This document shows positions 10,412 to 18,821 of a DNA stretch of 64,000 bases, in pieces; the stretch's first letter is position 1; every line of letters begins with the position of its first letter. A program made the position numbers and the translations under genes. The stretch is from contig CAVUAX010000006.1 in NCBI GenBank assembly GCA_963739685.1, positions 73,670-137,669 on the forward strand, in the 5' to 3' direction. Under the pieces are notes generated by a model. The model saw nothing but the letters and a program-made list of their open reading frames with translations. It did no database searches and was not told the DNA's origin. This DNA comes from an uncultured Bacteroidales bacterium. Lineage in GTDB: Bacteria > Bacteroidota > Bacteroidia > Bacteroidales > VadinHA17.

Positions 10412-10834
10412 TTATTGTTTAATGTTCACACTGTCAACAAGGTACTCGGAATCACCCCGCCAGAAAATTACCCCGTTCTTTTGCCTGTAATGGACAATTA
10501 CCTTTTCGCCCTGGAGTGTATCAAACTGGCGGATCAATGCTTTATTGGTTAATGTAAAGTAAAATTTTTCAGAAGCAAGGGTTACATCCTGACTGGATGA
10601 CACACTGCTCAATATCATTTCTCCTTCGTAGGTTTTAAACAAAGTGCCTTTACTTGAAAATTTCTGCAGTAATCCGGCGCGGTAACCTTCGCTGTAGGTG
10701 TAAAAGTATTTCCAGTAAATGAAAATGGCCATAAATAAAATAATTATAAAAAATGCCCACCTCAGGATCTGTTTGGTTTTCCTGATCACAGCTGACCAGA
10801 ATGAAGATTTTTTCAATGATGCTAGCGGATCCAT
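10412..10834 (-). CDS. Conserved membrane-anchored hypothetical protein
   Basis: One N-terminal TM helix, then YSEGYRAGLLQKFSSKG..FKTYEGEM. Confidence 0.65.
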   Translation of the reverse strand: MDPLASLKKSSFWSAVIRKTKQILRWAFFIIILFMAIFIYWKYFYTYSEGYRAGLLQKFSSKGTLFKTYEGEMILSSVSSSQDVTLASEKFYFTLTNKALIRQFDTLQGEKVIVHYRQKNGVIFWRGDSEYLVDSVNIKQ

Positions 10835-10978
10835 TTTAAAGGTTCTGTTTTTTATTTAACATTTAATAAACCAGAGTTCAGTTAATAATGTTGCAGTACT
10901 AACTAATACGCAAATTTGAAGATAATAAAGATAGTAATTTTCTTGTAGAAATGAAGCTGAGACAGGATCTTTAATTTG

Positions 10979-11641
10979 TTATCTTTTTGCCAGGTCCACT
11001 ATATCCTTTACTTCAAGCACAGATTTTTCATAACCTTTAGTTACGCAGTTTATCATAGCAATTCCAACCTCTTTAAGTGTTGAAACAAACCCCGGGAACA
11101 GAATGCGAAGAACCGGATAAAGAAAATTGAAAACAATATAATACCCCGGTACATTTTTAGCTTCCTGCGCAGGGAGCATAAAACCCGGACGAAAGGCATA
11201 AACTCTTTTGAAAGGAAGTTTCATAAGATCATTCTCCGTTTTTCCCTTCACCCGGGCCCACCTGAGCCTCCCCTTTTCACTGCTGTCTGTTCCTGCTCCC
11301 GAAACATAGCAAAATGTCATACCTGGGTTAAGTCCTGACAGTACTTCTGCAACATGCATTGTCAGATTGTAGGTAACTGAATAGTACAATTCCTCCTTCA
11401 TATTAACCGACGAAACACCAAGACAGAAAAAGCATGCGTTTAAGTCTTTCAGCTGATCGGCGACAGGACTGAGATCATAGAAATCAGTATGGATGATCTC
11501 GGAAAGTTTAGGATGAGTTACTCCGCAGGGCCTTCTGTTGAGAACAACTACCCTTTCAACGTCCTTATGTTCAAGTGACTCCAGCAGCACACCCTCACCA
11601 ACCATTCCGGTCGCACCTGTGATAACTACCTTTACTTTCAT
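10979..11641 (-). CDS. NAD(P)-dependent epimerase-like atypical SDR (CC3-like)
   Basis: ITGATGMVGEGV, CFFCLGVSS, YVSGAGTDSSE, WARVKGKTEN, FRPG. Confidence 0.85.
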   Translation of the reverse strand: MKVKVVITGATGMVGEGVLLESLEHKDVERVVVLNRRPCGVTHPKLSEIIHTDFYDLSPVADQLKDLNACFFCLGVSSVNMKEELYYSVTYNLTMHVAEVLSGLNPGMTFCYVSGAGTDSSEKGRLRWARVKGKTENDLMKLPFKRVYAFRPGFMLPAQEAKNVPGYYIVFNFLYPVLRILFPGFVSTLKEVGIAMINCVTKGYEKSVLEVKDIVDLAKR

Positions 11642-11661
11642 TTTATTAAATATTTTTTATG

Positions 11662-13206
11662 TTAGAATCGCTCATCCGGTTTAAGGAATACCGTTTTGGG
11701 ATTTTCTGAATCGAATTTTCTGATTAATTCAAATATTGAAGGGATCTGTTTCCGGAAACGTGATATAATTTCATCATTTGTATTCAACCGGCTTACCGGG
11801 ACCTGCCTGGTGTCATAAAAATGATTTTCCTCCCTGCCATATTTATAGTCATAGGTAAACCGCTGAGTTGAATCAGTTTTAATTCCGTCACCAAGTTTAT
11901 CCGGTACACTTATATAGAACTCACTATTATTAATATTTCCACTTTTATTAGCCAGGTTATTTGCAGTAATATAGTCATAAACTTCTTTTGCGGTATTTAT
12001 TGCCGGATCTATCAGTATTATACTGTCGCAAAGGTATTCCCTGTAAATAAATTTGTCGTTAATCTTCAAATTGTATAGATCCTTTAAGCTTTTTTGGATA
12101 AATGCAGACAGGTAAGGATAATGTGTACATCCTAATATTAAAGTTTTTAACGGTTTGGCAACATGCTCCAGCCTTAATTTCTCGCAAAGAGAGACCAGAT
12201 AATATTTCATATAATTATCTGGGCTGTTTAGCTGAATGATACTGCAATCATCATTATTCACGTCGCACAGGAGAGCATTATTGATTGTATCAAATTTATA
12301 CATTTGCATCAATTCCCTCCGGATTTTCAGATCCGCGCTGCTTAATGACGGACCCTTATAATCTTTTCGGGGTGCAACAACATTTCTGGTTAAATAATTC
12401 GGATCCTCATCAATTGCTTCTGCAATACCCGTTCCGGCTTGCTGAATAAATTCGATATTACCTGAATAACCTGATTTTGACCTGATAGCATTAAAAGTAT
12501 TAAGATATCCGTTTGATGATACAGTTCCGGCCGTGGCAAGAACGGCAATTGTTCCGCTTTCATCTTTTTTAAATGTTGCAAGAGCCCCGTTGATACCTGC
12601 GTCTATTACTCCTATGACTTTTATTTTACTGGCAGCGTCAGACAACATATTTTCGATGTCCTTTTTTCCATAAGCAGTAGCAGTGTTACAGGCAATTACT
12701 ATGAGTTTAACGGACTTTTTATCTGTCTGATATGTTTTGTCTTCGGGAGTCCTGTAGTATTTATTCCCCAGTAAAAAGAGTGCATCTTTAAGTACCAGTT
12801 CCTTCAGGAACCCGGTTTTATTTTCTTGTGAATAATTCCCGTAAGGCATATTTGCCTGATCGCCAAAATAGATAAATTGTTCTGCCTGAAAGTCTTTGAT
12901 CCCATCTCCACCCTTCACAGGTTTTTGATTTGAATTATCGAAATTATCCAGATCAATTAAAGCATTCAATACCGTTAGTCCGCCTGTTCCCGAATCAAAA
13001 ACTCCAATTGGCAGGGTAGCAGACAAATTGGAATTTGTCTTTAAATCAACATAGTAATAATCCGTTTTATCATTAAGTACCTTATTCAGAAAGGAGTTAT
13101 TATAATTGACCGGCGGTTTTGTCTGAGGATTATAGCAACCTGTCAGCAGCACCCCGATGATGAAACTTAAAGTAAAATAAATTCTGACTTTTAATATGTT
13201 TTTCAT
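11662..13206 (-). CDS. Lipoprotein of the Asp/Glu racemase (MurI-like) family with large insertions
   Basis: Lipobox LLTGC; IGVFDSGTGGLTV, YFGDQANMPYG, IACNTATA, LATAGT, LGCTHYP, LIDPA; 514 aa. Confidence 0.85.
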   Translation of the reverse strand: MKNILKVRIYFTLSFIIGVLLTGCYNPQTKPPVNYNNSFLNKVLNDKTDYYYVDLKTNSNLSATLPIGVFDSGTGGLTVLNALIDLDNFDNSNQKPVKGGDGIKDFQAEQFIYFGDQANMPYGNYSQENKTGFLKELVLKDALFLLGNKYYRTPEDKTYQTDKKSVKLIVIACNTATAYGKKDIENMLSDAASKIKVIGVIDAGINGALATFKKDESGTIAVLATAGTVSSNGYLNTFNAIRSKSGYSGNIEFIQQAGTGIAEAIDEDPNYLTRNVVAPRKDYKGPSLSSADLKIRRELMQMYKFDTINNALLCDVNNDDCSIIQLNSPDNYMKYYLVSLCEKLRLEHVAKPLKTLILGCTHYPYLSAFIQKSLKDLYNLKINDKFIYREYLCDSIILIDPAINTAKEVYDYITANNLANKSGNINNSEFYISVPDKLGDGIKTDSTQRFTYDYKYGREENHFYDTRQVPVSRLNTNDEIISRFRKQIPSIFELIRKFDSENPKTVFLKPDERF

Positions 13207-13218
13207 TCATTAATCATT

Positions 13219-14388
13219 TTAATACTTACCATATTCCATGAGGGTTTCCCACATGGCCCAAAAGTTTTCAGGCGGGACATCTTCCTGAACATTATGGACC
13301 GGAGTAAATACAAATCCTCCCCCGGGAGCCATTATATCAAGTATTTTCTTTACCTCATCCTTAACCTGGTCAGGGTTGCCATTTTTAAGAGTCGCTTGTG
13401 TATTTATTCCCCCTCCCCAGAATACAAGGTCTTTTCCAAAATCCCTTTTTAACCCCTCTAATTCCATATCTGCAGCGGTGAACTGAACAGGATTATAAAT
13501 ATCAAGGCCCGCCTCAATCAGATCGGGCAGTAATACCCGGACCGAACCACAGGTGTGCATGAATATTTTAATATGGGGTAATTTCCTCCTGATATGTGTC
13601 CATAGCTTTTCAAATCTCGTTATAATGTTCTTCCGTAAGTAATCAGGTTCAAGCAATGTGGAAGTCTGTGTTCCAAGATCATCGCATTCTGAAACGACGG
13701 TCACAATGTTATGAAGATTATTTTCGAAAAGCCAGTCTATTATCAGGTCCCAGTAATTGATTTTGTACTCAAGAAGAAGGTCAAGAAGCTTTTCTACTCC
13801 GGCAGGATCAGTAATGGTGTCCATGTACCAGTTCTGATATCCTCTCAGCCGTAACGACATTTCTGTAAGACCGGCGCAATTTCTGTCAGCAATTACACCA
13901 TAATCATGAATATCCCTTACTTGTTCTGACAGATCATTTCGGATTATATCAGCATGTTTAGCAGCTTCTGGAAATTTATAATTTTTAAGTCCCTCATTTA
14001 TTGAGGGGAACGATTCAAGGGGATAGGAATACTGATTAAAATAGAAATCCTTCGTTTCATCCATTTTCCATAGACAAGCCCAATCATCAGTTAATTCAAT
14101 GATGCCGTCTTTTATGGTTATAATTTTTTCATAATCCGGGATCCTGCGGGAACCGATACGCCGTGTATCGGTATTAAGTAATTTCAATGTTGCATCAACA
14201 GGTGTTACGATCTGTTGTATGGGATCAATCTCTTTCTTTTCATAATCGGTCGATAAACCCCGATACTCCATTGCCCTGATAAATGCCCTTTTGTTGATTC
14301 CTGTGACAGTGGTACCGGCAAGGTCATAAGGAATCCTGTCAGGTTCTTTATGATTAAGAGTTGTATTCAGACGTTCAGAACTTTTCAT
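13219..14388 (-). CDS. Uroporphyrinogen decarboxylase / MtaA-CmuA methyltransferase family protein
   Basis: MKSSERL...HKEPDRIP, LRG, DDLGTQ, HTCG, FWGGG, PGGGFVFTPVHNVQ.DVPPEN. Confidence 0.85.
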   Translation of the reverse strand: MKSSERLNTTLNHKEPDRIPYDLAGTTVTGINKRAFIRAMEYRGLSTDYEKKEIDPIQQIVTPVDATLKLLNTDTRRIGSRRIPDYEKIITIKDGIIELTDDWACLWKMDETKDFYFNQYSYPLESFPSINEGLKNYKFPEAAKHADIIRNDLSEQVRDIHDYGVIADRNCAGLTEMSLRLRGYQNWYMDTITDPAGVEKLLDLLLEYKINYWDLIIDWLFENNLHNIVTVVSECDDLGTQTSTLLEPDYLRKNIITRFEKLWTHIRRKLPHIKIFMHTCGSVRVLLPDLIEAGLDIYNPVQFTAADMELEGLKRDFGKDLVFWGGGINTQATLKNGNPDQVKDEVKKILDIMAPGGGFVFTPVHNVQEDVPPENFWAMWETLMEYGKY

Positions 14389-14394
14389 AGCGGC

Positions 14395-15666
14395 TTACAG
14401 ATTAACGGGTTTTATTTCAGGAATAAGCAACTGGATTAATCCCAGTGCAATAAAATAGCCAATAGATGCAATAAAAAATGGTAAAATGTAACCGTTCATT
14501 CCCAGGTTTTGAAGTAATCCTCCAACGAGCTGAGCAATAAGTGCTCCTCCGAGTGCACCGGCAAATCCTCCTATTCCGGTTATAGAAGCGGTTGCTTTTC
14601 TGGGAAAAATATCGGACATAAGGCTGAATATATTTGCCGACCATCCGCAATGACCGCCTGCGGCTATTGCAATCAGAGCCACCGTAAGCCACATATTATC
14701 GATGTGAGGGACCAACATTACTGGAAGGGCAAAAATAGCGCAGATAAAAAATCCCATCTTTCGACCCTTATTCAGGGACCAGCCTATTTTCAGAAATTTC
14801 GACGAAAGCCATCCCAGGAAAATCCCTCCTGCCCATGATACAAGATAAATTGTAAAGAAAGGTAATCCAATCTCTTTCAGGTTAAGGCCATATTTCCCGT
14901 TAAGAAATTTTGCACCCCAGAAAAGATAGAACCACCAGATGGGGTCAGCCATAAATTTCCCAACACAAATTCCCCAGACTTCCCTTCTTTTTAGTAAAAC
15001 CGACCACTTAATTTTTTCTGATGTCACTGTTTCATTATCGCTGTTTATATAATCAAGCTCGACTTTACTAACAAGTTTATGTTTTTCGGGTTTTTTGTAA
15101 AAAACCAGCCAAAGTATTATCCAGATGCAGCTTATTGGCATTGTCCATAAAAAGGCTGCTCTCCAGTCATCATTAAAGGCTGAAACAACAACCGGTATTA
15201 TCAGGGGGGACAACAGAGTCCCCACATTTGATCCTCCATTGAACAGACCAACTGCAAAAGCTCTTTCTTTTTTCGGGAACCATTCTGCAAGCACTTTATT
15301 TGCAACCGGAAAGTTGCCTGACTGACCGACTGACAAACCTGCACGGACCAGCGCAAATCCGATCCATGATCTTGCAAAAGCAGTTGAAGCCTGAGCCAGC
15401 GACCACAAACCTACAGATATGGTATAACCTGCTTTAGTCCCTATTTTGTCAACAACCGCCCCCATTATCAGAAAACAGATCGCGTAACCTATCATAAATG
15501 CCGTATTGATGTTACCGTATTGTTGTTCGTTCCACCCGATTTCTTTTTGAAGAAACGGAGCCATAATACCAAGGGCAGAACGGTCAATATACAGGAGTAC
15601 CGTTGCAAAAAACAGAAATAAAAGGATTAACCATCTGATATTCGTATTTATGTATTTTGATTTCAT
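14395..15666 (-). CDS. MFS transporter, ExuT/hexuronate-like (ACS family)
   Basis: IRWLIL..LFFAT.LLYIDR, EWFPKKERA.A.G.FN.G.N.G, DPIWWFYLFW. Confidence 0.85.
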   Translation of the reverse strand: MKSKYINTNIRWLILLFLFFATVLLYIDRSALGIMAPFLQKEIGWNEQQYGNINTAFMIGYAICFLIMGAVVDKIGTKAGYTISVGLWSLAQASTAFARSWIGFALVRAGLSVGQSGNFPVANKVLAEWFPKKERAFAVGLFNGGSNVGTLLSPLIIPVVVSAFNDDWRAAFLWTMPISCIWIILWLVFYKKPEKHKLVSKVELDYINSDNETVTSEKIKWSVLLKRREVWGICVGKFMADPIWWFYLFWGAKFLNGKYGLNLKEIGLPFFTIYLVSWAGGIFLGWLSSKFLKIGWSLNKGRKMGFFICAIFALPVMLVPHIDNMWLTVALIAIAAGGHCGWSANIFSLMSDIFPRKATASITGIGGFAGALGGALIAQLVGGLLQNLGMNGYILPFFIASIGYFIALGLIQLLIPEIKPVNL

Positions 15667-15827
15667 CTCTTTGATCTGATAGGCTGGTTATTATGACATT
15701 TGATGATTTTAAGAAGGTTTTTGATTTTGCGATAACGGATTAAAAGTGATAACCAACGGATAAATCACTGCAAAACACTATGTTTCACCCTGCTGGTTAA
15801 CAGAGGTTACAGACAGAAATTGTAATT

Positions 15828-17183
15828 CTAAACTTTATCAGGAACAACAAATGGTTTGCGATACTGCCGTGTAAGCATAGCGTTAGCTTCGGGGTCCTGA
15901 ATGAATTCCATTTTTACCGGGTCAAATTCAAGAGTTCTACCCAGGCGATACGAAATATTTCCAAGATGCATTACCGCACATGAATAAAATCCATCACGTA
16001 TATCACCCTGTGCCAGTTTCTGATCATTTGCACGGATAGCATTTATAAAATCTGCGTAATGATCGCCAAGACCACTCCCAGTTTCACCAGGGGTACGCTC
16101 TTTTCCATAAAATACCTGCCATTCGTTGACATTTTTGGTCATAAAACCTTTTGAACCGAAAAAGAGATTCCCTACAGTATTCTCTGCACTAACCATATAG
16201 GCATCTGATGCAGGATTATCGTTTTTTATCCCTTCCCTGTTTGTTATCCAGTGGCGAACCTCAAACTGAAGTATTTTCTTTTTATCGCCTCCGCCTTGCG
16301 GATTTGGAAATTCAAATACAGCTACCATGTCATTAGGTGTTTGCTGATCATCGTCGAACATGAAATGTCCGCCCATAGCGCTTATTTTTGAAGGCAATGT
16401 AACATTCAATCCCCACCGGGCAATGTCCATTTCGTGAACACCCTGGTTTCCCATGTCGCCATTTCCATAGTCCCAGTTCCAGTGCCAGTTGTAATGGAAA
16501 CGGTTCTTTGAGAATGGTCTTTTTGGTGCCGGTCCTAACCACAGATCGTAATCAACCCCTGCCGGAACAGGTTCGTCAGGTGTTTTCCCGATAGTATCGC
16601 GCCATTTGTAGCAAAGTCCTTTTGCCATATATACCTCTCCCAGTTTTCCCTGGTGAAGAAATTCAGCCATGCTTTTTCCACATGGATTACTTCTCTGTTC
16701 AGCACCATCCTGAACTATCAGTTTATATTTTTCAGCAGCTTCAACCAATTTACGGCCTTCATAGAAATTGTAACAACAAGGCTTTTCCACCGATACATGT
16801 TTACCTGCCTGCAATGCCCATATCGAGGCGAGGGCATGCCAATGGTTCGGAGTCACAATCGAAACAGCATCAATATCTTTATCTTCATAAAGCTTTCGCA
16901 GATCTGTATAAGTTTTTGGTTTTGGAAGACCTTTTGCAGTGAAATGTTTTTTGATCAGCGGGTCGAAAAGGTTACTGTCAACATCACAAAGTGCAGCAAC
17001 TTGTACATTTTTAAGCGTAGAATAACTCTGGATGTGGCTTTGACCCTGTCCGTTTATCCCTATAACTGCAACATTGACACGGTCATTAGCTCCTTTCCAT
17101 CCGGTGTCTGCAAGTATTGTCGGTGCAACTCCTATCCCCACAGAGCCGGCAACAGCTATTTTACTAAATTCACGTCGGTTCAT
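15828..17183 (-). CDS. Tat-exported Gfo/Idh/MocA oxidoreductase
   Basis: Twin-arginine MNRREF; TPNHWH, VEKP, DYDLWLGPAP, GDMGNQGVHEMD. Confidence 0.9.
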   Translation of the reverse strand: MNRREFSKIAVAGSVGIGVAPTILADTGWKGANDRVNVAVIGINGQGQSHIQSYSTLKNVQVAALCDVDSNLFDPLIKKHFTAKGLPKPKTYTDLRKLYEDKDIDAVSIVTPNHWHALASIWALQAGKHVSVEKPCCYNFYEGRKLVEAAEKYKLIVQDGAEQRSNPCGKSMAEFLHQGKLGEVYMAKGLCYKWRDTIGKTPDEPVPAGVDYDLWLGPAPKRPFSKNRFHYNWHWNWDYGNGDMGNQGVHEMDIARWGLNVTLPSKISAMGGHFMFDDDQQTPNDMVAVFEFPNPQGGGDKKKILQFEVRHWITNREGIKNDNPASDAYMVSAENTVGNLFFGSKGFMTKNVNEWQVFYGKERTPGETGSGLGDHYADFINAIRANDQKLAQGDIRDGFYSCAVMHLGNISYRLGRTLEFDPVKMEFIQDPEANAMLTRQYRKPFVVPDKV

Positions 17184-17291
17184 AAGTATAACATTTAAAT
17201 AAATTATGGAAACTATCTCTTTTGAATTAAAATTAAAAATACACGTATTTTTTAAATAAATACAATCCGGTAATTTTATTTTAAGTTCAAT

Positions 17292-18743
17292 TTACTTCAA
17301 TGGTAATACTCTGCAGACACCAGGTGCGTATCCGATTTTTACCGGTTTTGTACCAGCCATTAAAATTACAGAATCGTGATCCGGTCCGAAATCCGTACGA
17401 CGTACGAGCAGGCTGTCTCCCAGGGCAAGTCCTGAAATTACCGTTCCGGGTTTACCCGGGACATCAAATGTAACAGGTAGGCCATGATCGAGAAAAGCTC
17501 CATATTGCTGGGCAGCCGCGTAGACCTCATGAACCAGTTTCACCTCCTCCGGGAACTCCTTTTTATCACTCCACATGAAGAAAGTATCCGTACCTCTGAG
17601 TAACATATGCCATAATAGTTCCTGATAACTTGCTTTGCTCATTTGCTTAATGGTACTATCCCGATTAACTCCTGCAAATATTGTATTCCAGTGGACAAAG
17701 CTGATAACCGGGATATTTTGCGGGGTACTCTTGCCGGCATTACTGGCACAGAGTAGCATGTTATAAAACCAATTGTAATCTGAGTTTTCAAAGCCGTACC
17801 ATTTGTATATCCCCGACCATGTGTAAACGACCGGCATCGCAAAAGTGAATCCCGTCAGTGGAAAGTCATTGTACCACTTTCTGTATTTTGCATTATGATC
17901 TGCTTTATATGGCTGACCATTAACATAATACTCAAAATAATCATACCAGTAACGGTAACCATCATTGGGATATACAGCGTAATTTCCTGCCAGAGCTTCA
18001 GGGAACTGCTCAAGAACAGGGGCACTGAAAGAATAATACTGCAGGTAAGCCCGCATCTGTCGCATGGACTTCTGAAAATCTTCAAATGTGAAGTCTTTTC
18101 CCAGATAGCGGCAACATCTTGTACACTTTTTTGAAGCTTCAAAAGCACGATTTACCTCAATGGGTCCGTCAATTTCCCAGTCAGTAAAGATAAAATCAAC
18201 CGGTAAACCGGCTTCTTTATACTTTTTGACAAAAAATTCCACGCGATCCCTGATCTCCTTTTTCCTGAAATCAATTGCAAACGGACAACCCATTTTGTGA
18301 GGGCCGAAACTATCATCAAAAAAGGGCTGACCATCTTTATCAATATGGGCGGTTTTTTCATCACCATTAAAGAAAGAATTCAGGAGGGAGGTGGCATCGA
18401 TGTTAATACGCAGTCCGGCTTTTTTCTGGGCACGTGCTATAGTCAAACCCTGTGATAATATTTTTTCCCGGTCTTTTATCTTCCATGAGCAAACTAATCC
18501 CACCCCACGTTTATTAAGTTCATTTACCAGTTGTTCGGCAGAATCATCAGTAAGCTCCCCGGGGTCAATTGCCGGCCAGAGGTATAGCGGAAGGCGATTG
18601 CCCCTGGAATACTTTAAAGGGGTTGTATTATCAAGTATCACCTGAATGTTATCAGACCATTTAATGCCAGCGACCTTCTCTTCAGGCGAAGAACATTGTT
18701 TAACTGAAAGAAAAAAAATAAATGTGAGAATGGTTATTTTCAT
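17292..18743 (-). CDS. Exported hypothetical protein, possible TIM-barrel glycoside hydrolase
   Basis: Signal peptide with a possible lipoprotein Cys; VDFIFTDWEID; very Trp/Tyr-rich; function not assignable. Confidence 0.55.
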   Translation of the reverse strand: MKITILTFIFFLSVKQCSSPEEKVAGIKWSDNIQVILDNTTPLKYSRGNRLPLYLWPAIDPGELTDDSAEQLVNELNKRGVGLVCSWKIKDREKILSQGLTIARAQKKAGLRINIDATSLLNSFFNGDEKTAHIDKDGQPFFDDSFGPHKMGCPFAIDFRKKEIRDRVEFFVKKYKEAGLPVDFIFTDWEIDGPIEVNRAFEASKKCTRCCRYLGKDFTFEDFQKSMRQMRAYLQYYSFSAPVLEQFPEALAGNYAVYPNDGYRYWYDYFEYYVNGQPYKADHNAKYRKWYNDFPLTGFTFAMPVVYTWSGIYKWYGFENSDYNWFYNMLLCASNAGKSTPQNIPVISFVHWNTIFAGVNRDSTIKQMSKASYQELLWHMLLRGTDTFFMWSDKKEFPEEVKLVHEVYAAAQQYGAFLDHGLPVTFDVPGKPGTVISGLALGDSLLVRRTDFGPDHDSVILMAGTKPVKIGYAPGVCRVLPLK

Positions 18744-18821
18744 AGATCAGGTTCCTGTCCGGCTTTATTTGTAAAAAATATTGATCGAATGTAGTTCTTT
18801 CATTTATCAGGAGTTGTCTTT

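Noticed and set aside
13219-14388. Calling this gene hemE
   Set aside because: It has the HxC metal motif of the MtaA-like branch, lacks the HemE RQAGR motif, and has no tetrapyrrole gene context
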